A DNA stretch of 36,701 nucleotides from Priapulus caudatus (GCF_000485595.1 NW_014577088.1:1032337-1069037), one strand, 5' to 3'; shown: positions 10,089 to 23,482, numbered from the stretch's first letter. The notes: generated by a model not told the origin, from the sequence alone. Numbers and translations are program-made.

Positions 10089-12982
10089 ATATATATAGAA
10101 GTTATAATAAATATCATTTCATACAACGTACATTCATCTCACAATGTTTCATGGCACATCAAATAGCAGCTGGGAGTGTAATGCACACAAGAGACTGCAT
10201 GGTGATTAGCCGTAACTGCCGACACAGGTCATATCAGAAAACCTTTACAAAGATACGGAATACATAATTATACCATATTATACATAATTATGCTATATTG
10301 TTATAGTTCAATCTCTGACTCGTACCCAGGATAGAGCGTAGCCTACTTTCTTGTACATACATTTCTTGTTGGTTTTTTGAACACGTGCGATATGGGATAT
10401 ATAGTCGCGGCAGCTCTATATAGTCTCAAGTCTCTCTTTTAATTGATCTGCCGCTGTTTTGGTCTTTTCTCCCCATCTTCAAAAAGTGCGCTTTCTACAT
10501 CACAGATCATCAGATTGGCTAGCATACTGGCAGAATACCAAATCTTTCTGAATCCTGAAAATCGCGCAAGTTTCGTCGCTGTGACACTGGACTCCCTTGG
10601 CAGCTAGCTGCTCCAAACAATATACTAACTAGTAACTAGTAGGCCCTTTTTTCGTTTAGATGTTTTCTGTACAACAAACGCATTTTGTATTCGTAGTTTA
10701 CTAGAGAAAATATTAATAATGAATAGTTTTGGACATGCTTAGACTTCAGACATTTACGCAAATAAATTTTACGCATGAAAACGCAGACCACATATGCTGT
10801 CAATGAGGGGGGGGGGGTCATCCGACCCCTCCAACACCCCTGTCCACTTGACTACGGGTCTACAGGTGTACGTGTCACCGAGTAAAAAACACGCACGTAC
10901 GCCCTCACGCACACTCGCGCACACACAATCGCACTCGCATGTGCTTATACATTATGCATTGCCTTATTGTACTTGCCTTATTGTACTTGCATTGCCTTAT
11001 GCATTGCCTTATATGTACAACGTGCAATACTTTAATTATCTATGTGTTTTTCCCTCTTCAACAGCGCATCGATTTTTTTCTCGTCGAGATGTATTTGTAG
11101 CTCCATATAATCTTAGTGAGATTGATTCAGTTACCCTGGGGACAGCTGTACGACAAAGAGGAATTTATTAAATATAACCTCTCAACTATTGGCAACAGTA
11201 CGTGCCATACTGGACGCTGCCCGTATCTATTCTATCTATTTCTGTTCGACGATATGTCTGATGATTGCGCATGTAAATTTCTTCCAAATTAAAATGAGGC
11301 ATTTTACCACAGGGAATCGCATCACTTCCTCGACACACCCTTAAAACCTATTCTTTTGCACACGTCACGCTCTCATGCAGGCTCAAGCTAAACTCGCTCT
11401 AGTTGCCCGTTGTAAATAGATGGGGTTCATAATTTCAGCTGTACTGTACAGACGCTTCCTTGCTCTATGCGAATGCACGTGATGTAGGCTACGTTGATGG
11501 CAGCATCGCATACAGTAGGATAAAGTCTCCGATAATGCAGCTGCCGCCATATCGCCAATCTCTGAGAGGCAGTACTGCTATATTGTCGCGTGTCGTCGCG
11601 ATCACTGACTTTGTAGATTTTCGCTGGCGCTGTTAGACAATGAATAGGAATGAATGTTCGCTTTAGGAGCGTTCATGATTCTTTTATTTTAGTTTATTTC
11701 TTTGCTATCTTGGCTTATTATTTCTTAGCTATTCTTTATATCTTAGTTTATTTCCAAACGCTGCATATTTCGTTACCTGGTCCGTTGTGATTATAAATAA
11801 ACCCGTTTTTAATTAGGGTACTTAAACCACACAATAATGCATAATTAATCAATAATCGAGAGTGATTTGACGTTGACCTTTGTAACGTTTGGTGGTAGGT
11901 GTTAAAGGGATAGTAGACTCTAGGATTTTACTGCATACAACTGTACTTACTGGTATAGACCAAATCGTCTATAAGCACACGGTATGTGTTACCAGATACC
12001 CTAATTTAGATTGTTTACATTAATTACACATCAACCGCTAAACGAAATTTGAACGCGCCATGACACCCGCGACCGTTCGTGCAACCCATGAAAAAATTGC
12101 GCATTTGCCAGATTTACTGTTTGCACGTTACAGACCGAACGGCTAATCAACAAAAGTGCACTTCTATTTATAGCCTAACATTACTTAACCGAACGATGTT
12201 CATTTTAGGACAAATTATCCATAATATAACTGAAACTGTATTCGTTTATAAGAATATACAATCCTTTGCTTTTAGAACTAATAAATAATAAACACCCTTG
12301 CGTCGTAGCCCTCTGCTGAATAGTGGTTTTGCGCAAACTTATCAGATTCGGGCGCTTGAGTGGCCCACCGTGCGTTGTAATCAAAGACTTGTGAGTCTTA
12401 GTTTTAAAAATTTTTTAATAATATTTCTAATGGTGAATGAACCATGAAACTTTTATATAGCGGTAATTTTTAACATAAATTAACTGAAACTAACCGCTAA
12501 GAACCTAAAAGTAGAACGATCCCTTTTAATGTTATATTATATTTGTAATCAATTATCAGTTGCCCAAAACATATTTCCTCGTCACGTCATCAATTGCTGT
12601 ACAATGCAATTAAATACAGATGGAGTGCAAGTCGGAATAGATTAAGTTCGGCCGGTAGGACTTGTTAATCAATGCGTGCCGCAACCCAATTCATTATACT
12701 TATCTCTAATGCTATCTTGTAATACACACAGTGTATCTTAGTTTAGCCGTGTCAATCACTCAGGAAGCTCCACGCCGCCTAAGCATAATAATTGTATCAT
12801 AACGATTAAGAAACAGACCAGTCATGGCGAGGGTAATACCTAAGAAATGAACCCTCCGCACACCAGTACTATAACTGTCCTAGTGGACCCAAGCTTCAAG
12901 ACCTGCACACTAGTGAGGGAATATGCTATGTAAAACTATGAGGATTAAAATTGCGAATATCTATAAGGCATCGTTAAATGTC

Positions 12983-13891
12983 ACGTCTAGCGCAGGCCAC
13001 GGGGTTGGACACAATTCATATTAATGTCCACATAATTCGTATTGGATCCGCCCGGGTGGACACAATTCATATTTAATGTCTCCACATTAATTCGTAATTT
13101 CCGCCGTCCGTCCTAAAATCCGTCCGTCTTAGCCATTGAGACCCGCGTGATTAGGACGGAAGCGCTGGAATTCTCGCACTTCCGTCCGACAAGTCTCTTA
13201 ACATCCGTGGGATTGAGTCGATGTTATGTGACAATAGGGGGGGGGGGAAGTTCGTGAGTTAATATGGACATTAAATAGGGAGTGCAAAAAACTGTATTTA
13301 ATTCCAACACTAAATGCAAATGCAAGTCGCAGCTAAGTTTTTTAAGGTGGATATCAAATCACAAAAGCATCTGCTTGGCCGTCCTAAATCCGTCTTAGCC
13401 AATGATATTCAGCGGTGATTTTAGACGGAAAGCGATGGAGATCTGGACGAAAAGGAGAATTCCATCCTTCCGTCTACAATATCCCACGCTTCATTGGCTA
13501 AGACGGATTTGTAAGGACAGCAACGATTCAGTCCTTTGTGATTTCAAATCCCACTTAAAAAACTTAGGCCTGCGATGGGCTGATCAGTGTGGACATTAAA
13601 CCTACGAATCCTAAGTACCCGCGTAGAGGCTGTCCCATCGCAGCCTCTCTTCATCAGCATGTCCTCTAAAACGAATAATGGTGACATTAAATATGAACTT
13701 GGCCACCACCGCGCGTCCAGATAGCCGAATTAATGTGGACATTAAATAGAATTGTGTCCACCCCAGCGTCCAATACGGAGTTAATTGTGACATTAAATAG
13801 AATTGCTGTCCACCCCGACGTCCATACGAATTAATGTGGACATTAAAAGACTGAATTGTGTCCTCCCCCGCGCCTGCGCATAGGGGCACGT
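12983..13891. mobile_element. ~0.9-kb non-autonomous DNA transposon with long TIRs built of ~52-bp subterminal tandem units
   Basis: The left end (cleanest in the copy at ~20270-20330) reads TATCGCAGGCCGGGGTGGACACAATTCATATTTAATGTCCACATTAATTCGTATTG. The right end (cleanest at ~25820-25876) is its reverse complement, with ~4 tandem units. The internal motif CCGTCCTAAAATCCGTCTTAGC is repeated in direct and inverted form. Confidence 0.75.
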
Positions 13892-13921
13892 CGGCTTGCC
13901 TTGTTTTGTGTTCTCTAACCG

Positions 13922-14174
13922 CAGGGGCGTGAGCTACTGGGGGGCCTGGGTGGGCACAGCCCCCCCCCCCACAAATTTCCTGTGCCCCCCCAGGTGCCCC
14001 CCCCCCACTGAAAAGTCATAGCTTGAAAAAAAAAATTGAATAAAACCAACGCCGTTAGAACCGTAATAATAGCAAAAGAAAAGTTATCATATTGTGCCCC
14101 CACGAAAAGTAAGCGCCCGCCCCCCCCCCCCCAGTGCCGCGCCCGCTAGAAAAAATCCTAGGTCTACGCCACTG
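13922..14174. mobile_element. hAT-like MITE (noisy copy of 25912-26149)
   Basis: CAGGGGCGTGAGCTA...CTACGCCACTG ends with GCCCCCC subterminal motifs. Confidence 0.7.
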
Positions 14175-17100
14175 CTTTAAAACGGCAAACCCCATGTAAG
14201 TTATTTCCCGTGGTGTTCGTTCTGTCAAGCAGACATTCACCGAATATATTCTGCTGACTATAAAAAAAACCTGTACAGTCGATGTATGTGCATGGCTATG
14301 CGTGAACTGGTAGGGATATATAACGATAGAAACTCAGATATATGTGATTGTGGTTCTCTCTCTCTCTCCTCCGTCTCTCTCCTCTCTCCTCCATCTCCTC
14401 ATCCTACTCTCCTCTCTCCTCCGCTCGTCCGGTCTCTCATCTCTCTCTTTCTTGTGTGTCGGTGTGTGTGTGTGTGTGTGTGTGGTGCCGTGCGTGCGGC
14501 GTGGCCTGCGGGTGCGCGTGTGGCGTGCGTGCGTGCGTGCGCGCGGCGCGTGGAAAATAGTAGTATAGTAGTAGTCGTTCTCTCATGCTTCTGATAAACG
14601 CTTCTCTGATAATTGGGCAGTCCCAGACGGCATGACATTCGTTCGTATCAACACGGAGCAGAGAGCATATAGGAGCGCAGAGATTGTGTGCCACGTAATG
14701 GTCAGAACTTCCGATGTAAAACTATGCAAACACGTGGGACTTACATTGGCTCATACAGAAGCAATGGAACACAGACTAAGCCAGTACATAATACCTTATG
14801 CAGGTCACGAGCGACACAGCAAACAAATGAATGAAACGGGTAAGCACGTTGTTCACTCTATGGCCCTCAATTAAGGACTGTAATTCTCTCCCCACTGTGC
14901 CAGAAACGCTCATTGTCAAACGCCCATCTCTGCCATCAGCACACTGCATGTTCATCAATGAAGGGATATAAAAATTAGGGACAAAAACTAAAGTTACGCG
15001 TTCAACTTGCTATTATTAGACTATGAGATTTGTTACAATATATTATATAGTATAAATATATATAAGTATATATAACTCTTACAGCACTTGGTATAAAACT
15101 ATTCAGGGATTTGCAAGGAGAAAATATTGAAAGTCGAGATTAGGCAGTGGGTACACATCCGAGACACTAGTTTGTTTAAATATAATTAATACAATGTTTC
15201 CCTTATAAAAAACTAATTTCATATTGACTGGGAAACGCGCGCCAATAAACTATTATCCCTGCACATCCGTTTCTCACCTGACAAACCGATTTATTTTTTC
15301 ACAGCCGGACAAGACCGGCACAACCAATCCGGCCACAGTGCAATTGTTGCACGAGCAAACCAGACAAATAAAGTTTCTTAATAGTTAAATATGAGTAAAA
15401 CACTCGAAAACCTATTAGATCAATCATCAAAGGCAGCTTCATTTGACATGCTGATTCCAGGGAGGGTTCTAGTTCGGTATTGTTGTCCATGTACACGAAG
15501 AGACGTCTTTCTCTCTCTCTCTACTCTCGTCTCCTCTGCTCTCCTTCGCTCTCCCTCATTCTCCTCTGATCCCTTGCCCGTTCTCTTTCACTCCTCATCT
15601 CTCCTCTCCTCTCTGCTTTCTTCTGTCTCTCTAGTCTGTTCTGTTCTTTTTCTCGCCCCCCCTCTCTCCATCCCTCGTCCTCCTTCTTTCTCTCTACTCG
15701 TCATCCTGTGACCTTCCTATCTTCTCCCTCTCCCCACCCGTCTCTCTCTCGGCGCCCCGTGGGCAGGGCCCACCACAACGAGAGGGCACGCGTAGATCTC
15801 GATCCTCTTCCTCTCGTCGTCTTCCGGACTCTCCTGCGGTACTCCGTCTCTCGGGTCGTCGTCCTCGGGTCCCGTCTCTCTGCCTCCTCTTTCTCTCTCT
15901 CTCTCTATCACTATCTTTCTCCCTCTCGATATGAGTCGCCAAAAGCTGGTGTCAAGAGCAAGGTCTTCAGTACAAGTGTTTGGTCACAGCCATAGTGAAA
16001 AGTCTGGTAGTAAAAGAACGCAACCGCGTGTGCGCACTGAAAATGTTAGTCAGCTAATGTATGTTTGCCACGCTCACGCAATCAAACTTGTTATCCTGTC
16101 TTCGCTTCCCGCCGGTGTAGATGCGGTGACGCCTGTCGCGATTTCTCGTTACGAAGATCCAAGTCGAATTACATACGAACCGATTGCCAATTTCCTAGCC
16201 GTCATCACGCAGGCGTTACGGACCGTTGGCATGCATGCGTTTGTGCGTGTGTGTAGGTACGTCGTTTGTGCGTGTGTGTGTGTGTGCGCGCGCGTGTGTG
16301 TGTGTGTGTATGTGTGTGTGCGTGCGTGCGCGTGTGTGTGTGCGTGCGTGTGCAGGTGCGTGTGTGTGTATCGAACCAATGTACAGCGGTCAGATATACT
16401 GCTGATATATGGTATGCTTACGGTGGGACAACCAAGAGAGAGGGATTCGAAGTAGAAGTATTGAGATTGTATCAACATCGTAGATTTCGAGAAAAGTATA
16501 GAATTCTTTTCTGCTTGGGGCACCGCTGTTGCTTGGCAAATGCAAGATAGGGGGCCTACTGACCACAGAAGACTGTAGGGAGATGGGCATATTTTTCAGT
16601 CCTTTATACGTCTTATCCTTGAGTCTTAACGTGATTGAAGAGCCCTCTTATCTAAATGTTGACAATCAAGTGCAGCTAGCTAAGCTTGGTGGCAGAAGCC
16701 TGCTGTACCCTATCACGTACACCTAATAATCGCTGCATATAGTTCTCCCGGGAGCCACGTTTACCGATCGAGGAACAACAACGTGCCCGCAACACTGGAA
16801 CCCCATTCTCTTATTGACACTGTAACGTTACGTCGTACATTACTATGTTCGGCGAGCTTGATTGCCATCCACATTGCCTACATTACATTGCCTACATTAT
16901 TACTCTGCTGTCTAAATTTGCCATATGTTACGCACTGCTTCACCCATTTGCTGGACATGTTATTCACTAGCCGTACGTGCGATTTACATGCCTTTCATTT
17001 TCGTTACATTGTGTACTAGTCACGTTACGTACTAGTTACATACTGTAGTCACAACTAGGCTCTGACTGTTTCACGTAGTGAGGTGCGAGAAGGTAACTTG

Positions 17101-18678
17101 TGGCTACCAAGTTACGCACTAGTCATGTAACGTAATAGTTATGCTACTTGACAGTCGTCTTTTTACAAGATTTCTTATTCCTACTATGTAACCAGTGTAA
17201 CGTTATACTAGTACGGTTCTCTATTCCCTTGTATAGGTAATTACGTTTTAGGCATGCTTCTTACCAGCCGAGAGCGTATATTCCTTTGGCCCAGTGGGTA
17301 TATGGTCGACCCGTGTTCTTTTCTATCCGCGTTGGCGACAAAATTACTATTTACGTTAGTTACTAGTTCGGTCATGTACCGGCTATATTATACTCCTCTG
17401 AAGCACTGCATTCCTATTTGGTTTCTGTCTTGCCGAAATGTCTAGAACAAACGTCCTGCTGTGGTAACGCACCATGCAAATAATACTAGGGTCTTCCTCT
17501 CTATAACGGCCAATTGACAGCTGAGTCCCTCAGCTATCGTAGCTATATTCGATTTTGTCATAGTCGGGGTCACTCTACGCTAGTCCGGCGCTATCCGTGA
17601 TACGACAGTCGTACTATCACGAATAGCGCGACTAGACGAAATTGGAAATCAGAGATCTTTCGTCGTGATTATGTTTTTGCATGAATCCCAGACATCAGTT
17701 CGTGTAGGGGCGCGTGTAGTCAGAGCTAGGAGAATTGTGTTAGGAGTGCATAATATCCGGGCGAATAATGACAATTTTAATATATAGGGATATGTCTCTA
17801 TGTTATACACTCCTGATTATAGTCAAGCATGCACGTGCAGTGCCCCCTGTGTCGAGCGTTTGGTTACATCGAATGCACCGGCAAATTAGGGAGTATAGAG
17901 AAGGTATATAAGCATGAAAAGTAAACAGAAACACTAATTGTATTTTCATACATTTTATTTTGTACAAATAACACACAAATATATTACTTGCTGGTGCTGG
18001 AAATTCGTGACGTACACATCGTGTCTGTTGATTTTATTCTAGATCGGATGCACAAATTAGGGACGCTTGCACGCTACAAAGGCGTTGAAGTAATAATGAA
18101 TTATATAACGATTTTTTACGATCTTTCGCTAAATACCACGACTTAATGACGATAACAACCCGTCGAATACCGCTGTACGCAAATACAGTAGGGAACAGAA
18201 ATAGGCATCAACGTTGCGACGTGAAGCGCAGACTCATGATCAACCAAGAGGAAATATTCTGATAACTGTCTGTATTATGAAAATACATTGTGAATGACCT
18301 TATAGTATCAGGTTCGCAAAGAAAAAGAAAAAAAAGAAGACCATCAGTCGTGACATGCTGAGGATATGGCCTCTGACAATAGTTGGCAGGTGTGAACGTT
18401 TACCATTGCCTACTAATTTTAGCTATATTGATTCCGCGAACACTTGTAATACGGCTCTAAATAGTAACACCAATACGATGAAAGGTTTCGCTACTCGCAG
18501 TCATATAGCTACCTGAAGTTAGAGTTTATAGAACATGTTTTCTTGAGCATTAGCATTTGCCTTGGAAATCGGGGGGGGGGGGCACATATGAGGAAATACC
18601 ATACGGCCAGAGTCTATGTGATTAACCGACACAACGGCGAACGCAATCAACTGCCTCCGTAATCCGTTTACTGCATAA

Positions 18679-19087
18679 TTACCTCCGCCAAGCGTAAAGG
18701 TTGTAAGAACGTCAGGGGGAGGGGGGGATCAGGAGGTTATGTTTTCACCGGCGTTTGTTGGTTTGTGGGTTTGTGCGTTTCTTTTTTTGTGTACAGCCTA
18801 ACTAAAAAACTTATGGACGGATTGCCATAAAATTTTCAGGATAGGTCAGAAATGGGGTAACTTAGAATTGATTAGATTTTGGTGGTGATCCGCATCCAAT
18901 TAATTAATTAATTAATTAATAAAATTTTCAGGATAGGTCAGAAATGGGTTAACTTAGAATTGAATACATTTTGGTGGTGATCCGGATCCAATTAATTATT
19001 TAATTAATTAATTAATTAATTAAAATTTTTACAGTGAGAGAATTCAGCTGCCTTGGCGGAGGTCTGCGCTCTCCGAGTGCTCTAGTT
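18679..19087 (+). mobile_element. Helentron/Helitron2-associated non-autonomous element (HINE/DINE-1-like)
   Basis: Asymmetric sub-TIRs ACCTCCGCCAAG (18681-18692) and CTTGGCGGAGGT (19052-19063); partial inverted copy GGAGGT at 18732-18737; GTTT-type simple repeat; ~95-bp internal tandem duplication; 3' hairpin GCGCTC-TCC-GAGTGC (19066-19080) followed by TCTAGTTT. Confidence 0.8.
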
Positions 19088-19098
19088 TGGTATACTAT

Positions 19099-19312
19099 CG
19101 TGTGTGTTGGGCGTGCGTGCGTACGCGTGTGATGGGCGTGCGTACGTACGCGTGTGGTGAGCGTGCGTACGTACGTGTGTGATGGGCGTGTGCACGTATG
19201 CGTGTGGTGGGCGTGCGTACGTGTGTGATTGACGTGCGTACGTACGTACGTGTGTGATGGACGTGCGTACGTACGTGTGTGATGGACGTGCGTACGTACG
19301 TGTGTGATGACG
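19099..19312. repeat. 25-bp minisatellite (GTGTGTGATGGRCGTGCGTACGTAC)n, left part
   Basis: About 9 imperfect units, the same unit as the array at 29960-30335. Confidence 0.9.
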
Positions 19313-20330
19313 TATTTGTTACCAGATACCTAATTTAATTGTTATAATTAATTACACATCAACGCTACGAAATTTGAACGGCGCCATGACACCCGCGACC
19401 GTGCTGCCACCCTGAAAAAATTGCGCATTTGCCAATTTATGTTGCACGTTACAGACCGAAGGCTAATCACAAAGGTGCAATTATATTTATACCTAAATGC
19501 TATTTAACCGAACGATGTTCATTTTAGGACAAATTTATCCATAATATAACTGAAACTGTATGTCGTTTATAAGATATTACAATCCTTTTGCTTTTAAATT
19601 AATAAATAATAAACACCCTCGGTCTGTAGCCCTTGGCTGAAAAGTGGTTTTGCGCAACTTATCAGATCGTGCGCTTTGAGTGGCGCCACCGTCGTTGTAA
19701 TCAAACTGTAGTCGTTAGTTTATAAAAAAAATTTAATAATATTTCTAATGGTGATTGAACCATGAAACTTTTTATATAGCGTAATTTTAACATAATTTAA
19801 CTGAAAATAACCCTAGAACCAAAAGTAAACGATCCCTTTAATTTTAAATTTTATATTTTGTAATAATTTATCAGTTCCCTTTTTCTCGTCACGTCAATTG
19901 TGTACAATGTGAATTAAATACATGATGGATGCAAGTCGAAATAGAGTTAAAGTGTCGGCGTAGAACCTTGTTAATCAATGACGTGCGCACCCAATTCATT
20001 ATATTATATCTAATGTATCTTGTAATAACACAGGTATTTAGTTTACCGTGTAATCACTCAGAAGCCACGCTAGCTTAATAATTGATATCATAACGTAGTT
20101 AAGAAACAGACCAGTCATGGCGAGGGTATACCTAAGAAATGAACCCTCCCCACCAGTATCGATAACTGTCCTAGTGACCCAATGCTCAAGACTGCACCAT
20201 AGTGAGGGAATATGCTATGTAAAACTATGAGATTAAAATTGGCGATTCTATAAGGCATGTTAATTGTCACGTCTATCGCAGGCCGGGGTGGACACAATTC
20301 ATATTTAATGTCCACATTAATTCGTATTGA
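19311..20330 (+). repeat. Indel-rich direct copy of ~11982-13045
   Basis: Colinear from GTTACCAGATACC to TAATTCGTATTG; differences are mostly 1-nt indels. Confidence 0.9.
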
Positions 20331-20900
20331 GTCGACGCATCACAGGTTGACTACTCGCCGGACTCCGGATTTCCGCGGGAGGCCGCGCTGTCACCATGCG
20401 ACGCTGACCTCCCTCGTCGGCGTGTTGTTCTGGTGGGCGGGATTAGCAGCCGACCGTGTTCGACCGTGGGGCTTGAGATGCCAACCGCTGCGGGGCGTGC
20501 AGGTTAAATAGTGAGTTGTTTTCTTCAACGGCGGTGTTGCGGAGCGGGGTTACCGCGTGCGTTGCGTTTGCGGCCGATGTGCAACGAAAGTCAAGTACGA
20601 GAATGTACGTTCCGACCGTGCAAGACAGCAGTGCGGAGACGACGAGCATCACGCGCACGCGGCCCTTGGGACGTTCAGACTGTTATTAGTCTGGGAACCG
20701 CTGACAACAGTGCTTATAAATCTTTCCCCTCTAGAGGGTCTTCTTATTCCCGTTCGTCTTTCTCTGCTATGTCTCACTTACGTGGCGGCGCGGCGGCTCA
20801 CTCTCTTTTTCGGCTCTCTCGCCTTCTCTCTGCTCCTCTCTCTCTCTCTCTCGTCTCTCTCTCTGCTCTCTCTCTCTTCTGCTCTCTCTCTCTGTCTGCT
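20331..20900 (+). repeat. Indel-rich direct copy of ~32587-33095
   Basis: Colinear from CGCATCACAG..TTGACTACTCGCCG through TGACAACAGTGCTTATAAATCT to the (CT)n tract. Confidence 0.9.
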
Positions 20901-22139
20901 CTCTCTCCCTCTCTCTCTTCTCTTCACGGGCGGCGCTCACTTCTTCCTTGTATCGTCTCTCTGGATCTGTCTCGCGTGTCTCTCCTCGCATCAGATAGCC
21001 GAAGAGCGTGTCGAGGGGCGGGGATCGAGTTTGATAACCAACCGCGCTAAATAGCGCGTTCGCACGCACTCCCGCCGGGCCGAATACGTCTGCATTTCTA
21101 TTCCTTCTCGGTTACTTCAGTCCCTGCTGGTGCTGTAACCGTATGCTTATGCTAGGTACCGGTGAGGCTCTCCACGTGATGCTATTACACAGACACTTAA
21201 TTGCAATCACAGCTTAATCGTTCGTCTTCGAGTCGAGTCAGTATGCGGTGGCGGGGGTAGAAATTCACAACCACATATATGGTACACAGGCGTTGGAGTG
21301 GCGCTTGGCATTTCTCGGTCGCTCGGGCCACAGGTTCGTGCGGTATTCACGCGTGCAGACGCAGTCATTCGTTTTACATAGTAGTCAGACGCCTGTCAAT
21401 CGCGAGACACTCACGGTTTGTGTGGGGGTGTGTGTTGACGTTGGCGTGGGTGGTGTGGGTTGGGTGTTGTGGGGGGTGCGCGCACAGACGAGTTGGATAT
21501 AAGTTCCACTGGAGCGTGTATTGTGCTTGGCAGTCTACGGGCGCTGCGGCGCTGACGTTCGACGTACGCCATTACGCGTCTGCCTTCTCTACTGCATCCA
21601 CACACAGTACCCAGCGTGCGCTGGCTGGCTGTAATGATTTTACCATGTACTGTTAAATTACACTCCCGTGCTTTCTCTCTCTTCTCACACACGCTGCACA
21701 CACTCGCTCGCTTGCTTCCTCTCGCTATATCGAAGCACAGTGCTGAATGCGCGCATCGTATTTTGGACGAATCATTCGCGAGACAAAATCGGGAAGTAAA
21801 GGTAGGAAGTGCGTGGTGTGTGGGGCAATGGGCCGGATGCGAAATTTTTTTTTCCCACGAAGAGCTTCGGATACCACCACAGAGTATGTTTTTGTAATTA
21901 ATGGTGCGTAGTATAAGACGACCTGGTTGCAGTATTATAGTTAAGTGTTAGGCTGTTAGCGGTTAGCGTTTAGGGTAGGTTGTATAATTTTGCATTGTGC
22001 CCTTCGAGGTAGTCGACCGTGGCAATGGGAGTGCCGCTGATTGGGCTGTTGGCTGTCCGGAAACTCTCGTGAAAAAAAATTTCGCGGCCGGACAGAGCGA
22101 CGCGGAATAACCACAGCGCCACTATGGAACGGTCTCCAA

Positions 22140-22535
22140 TTTAAAACAAAAAAAAATAAACACTGAAATGTATTTACTACCAAAGTATTAATGTTTCTCT
22201 TACTCTATATTTCGCCTATTATGCGATAATTACCCGTAAATGCGGTCATATGGCTCACTGCAACACACAAGTTACACGGCACTGCCCGCCCTGTAGCACA
22301 GACAAACATGAATAAGAAGGAGAGACTCTGAATGAGAAGAGACTCTCTTAAGTATTCATGTTGTTTGACTGCACAACGGCGGATGGACTTGTGTGTTGAG
22401 AGTGAGCCATTTTACCGGGGCAAATTACGGGCGTACATTATCGGCAATTAATAAGCGAAATAGGCTAATAGAGAAAACATTAAGACTTTCGGTAGTTAAA
22501 TACATTTCGTGTTTACCATTGTTTTTAGACGTTTC
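22140..22535. mobile_element. Foldback/palindromic MITE, ~0.4 kb
   Basis: Arms pair along their length, e.g. AAACACTGAAATGTATTTACTACC (22158-22181) with GGTAGTTAAATACATTTCGTGTTT (22491-22514), ATGGCTCACT..CAACACACAAGT with ACTTGTGTGTTGAGAGTGAGCCAT, and AACATGAATA with TATTCATGTT. Confidence 0.7.
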
Positions 22536-23149
22536 ATGTGCCCTGGGGGAATAACGGCCGAAAGTGGTAGCATGAACGGGCCAGGAAAGGCGTGTATGCT
22601 ATAGGCAGGCGAGCGGATCGTATGAATAGACTCGGGAAGAAGCTACGGCCATGGGTCAGAGAGCGGAGCTGATGATGGCGTGATGACAAAACTATGGGAA
22701 TAGTATCGTAGAGGCAGGAGGTTGCATTTGGAGGGTAATGAACTGCGCCAAAGTAAGTGGACAGTGATGAAAATGCCATCGGAATAGTAGCGTAGAGGCA
22801 GGCGGAGGTTGGCCATGGTAGGGATGGAACTGGCGACGCGTAGCCATGTCTGTGTGAGAAAGGAGGTTGCATACTTCGGTGCAAAATCTATATAAGGTGT
22901 GCAATATCAATGGGGAGTGATGTGCGGAAGGCAGAGCCGTGTTGATATTCCCCCGGGCTGCGAGGCAGCGTCACGTGATAACGTTGACGCATTGACGCTT
23001 CAAAATTTAACCCTCACGGTAAACCTCACTCCAACACCGCCAACACTAACCATTCACACTAAATTATATTGGTATCGGCGCGCTATATATAGGCATGTGA
23101 TCCACAAAAATTAATCTATGGTGTGGGGACAGATAATCATTGTCATGCA

Positions 23150-23312
23150 AAAACCCTTAACCTTAACCCTTAACCCTAACCCTACCCTAACCCTAAACCC
23201 TAACCTAACCCTGTATCCTAACCCTACCCTACCCTAATCCTACCCTAATCCTAACCTAACCCTAAACCCTAACCCTGTGACCCTACCCTAAATCCTTAAC
23301 ACTATCCCAACA
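23150..23312. repeat. Degenerate interstitial telomere-like (CCCTAA)n tract
   Basis: About 25 units of CCCTAA, CCTAA, CCCTA and CCCTTAA variants. Confidence 0.85.
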
Positions 23313-23482
23313 CTAGTGCTGCCACGTTGCGGTCACCTCCTCACGCCCGTCGGGGATAGCATTACCCGCGGGCAGAGAGAAGAACATAAAGAATGCGATA
23401 TGGTCGGAGTCTATACATATTATGCCATAGGAGTCAGTGGCCGCGTGAGACTAGACACGATAAAACATTCAAGCGCTGCGCG

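Noticed and set aside
23150..23312. True chromosome end or fusion site
   Set aside because: Short, degenerate, internal, and inside a segment of doubtful placement.
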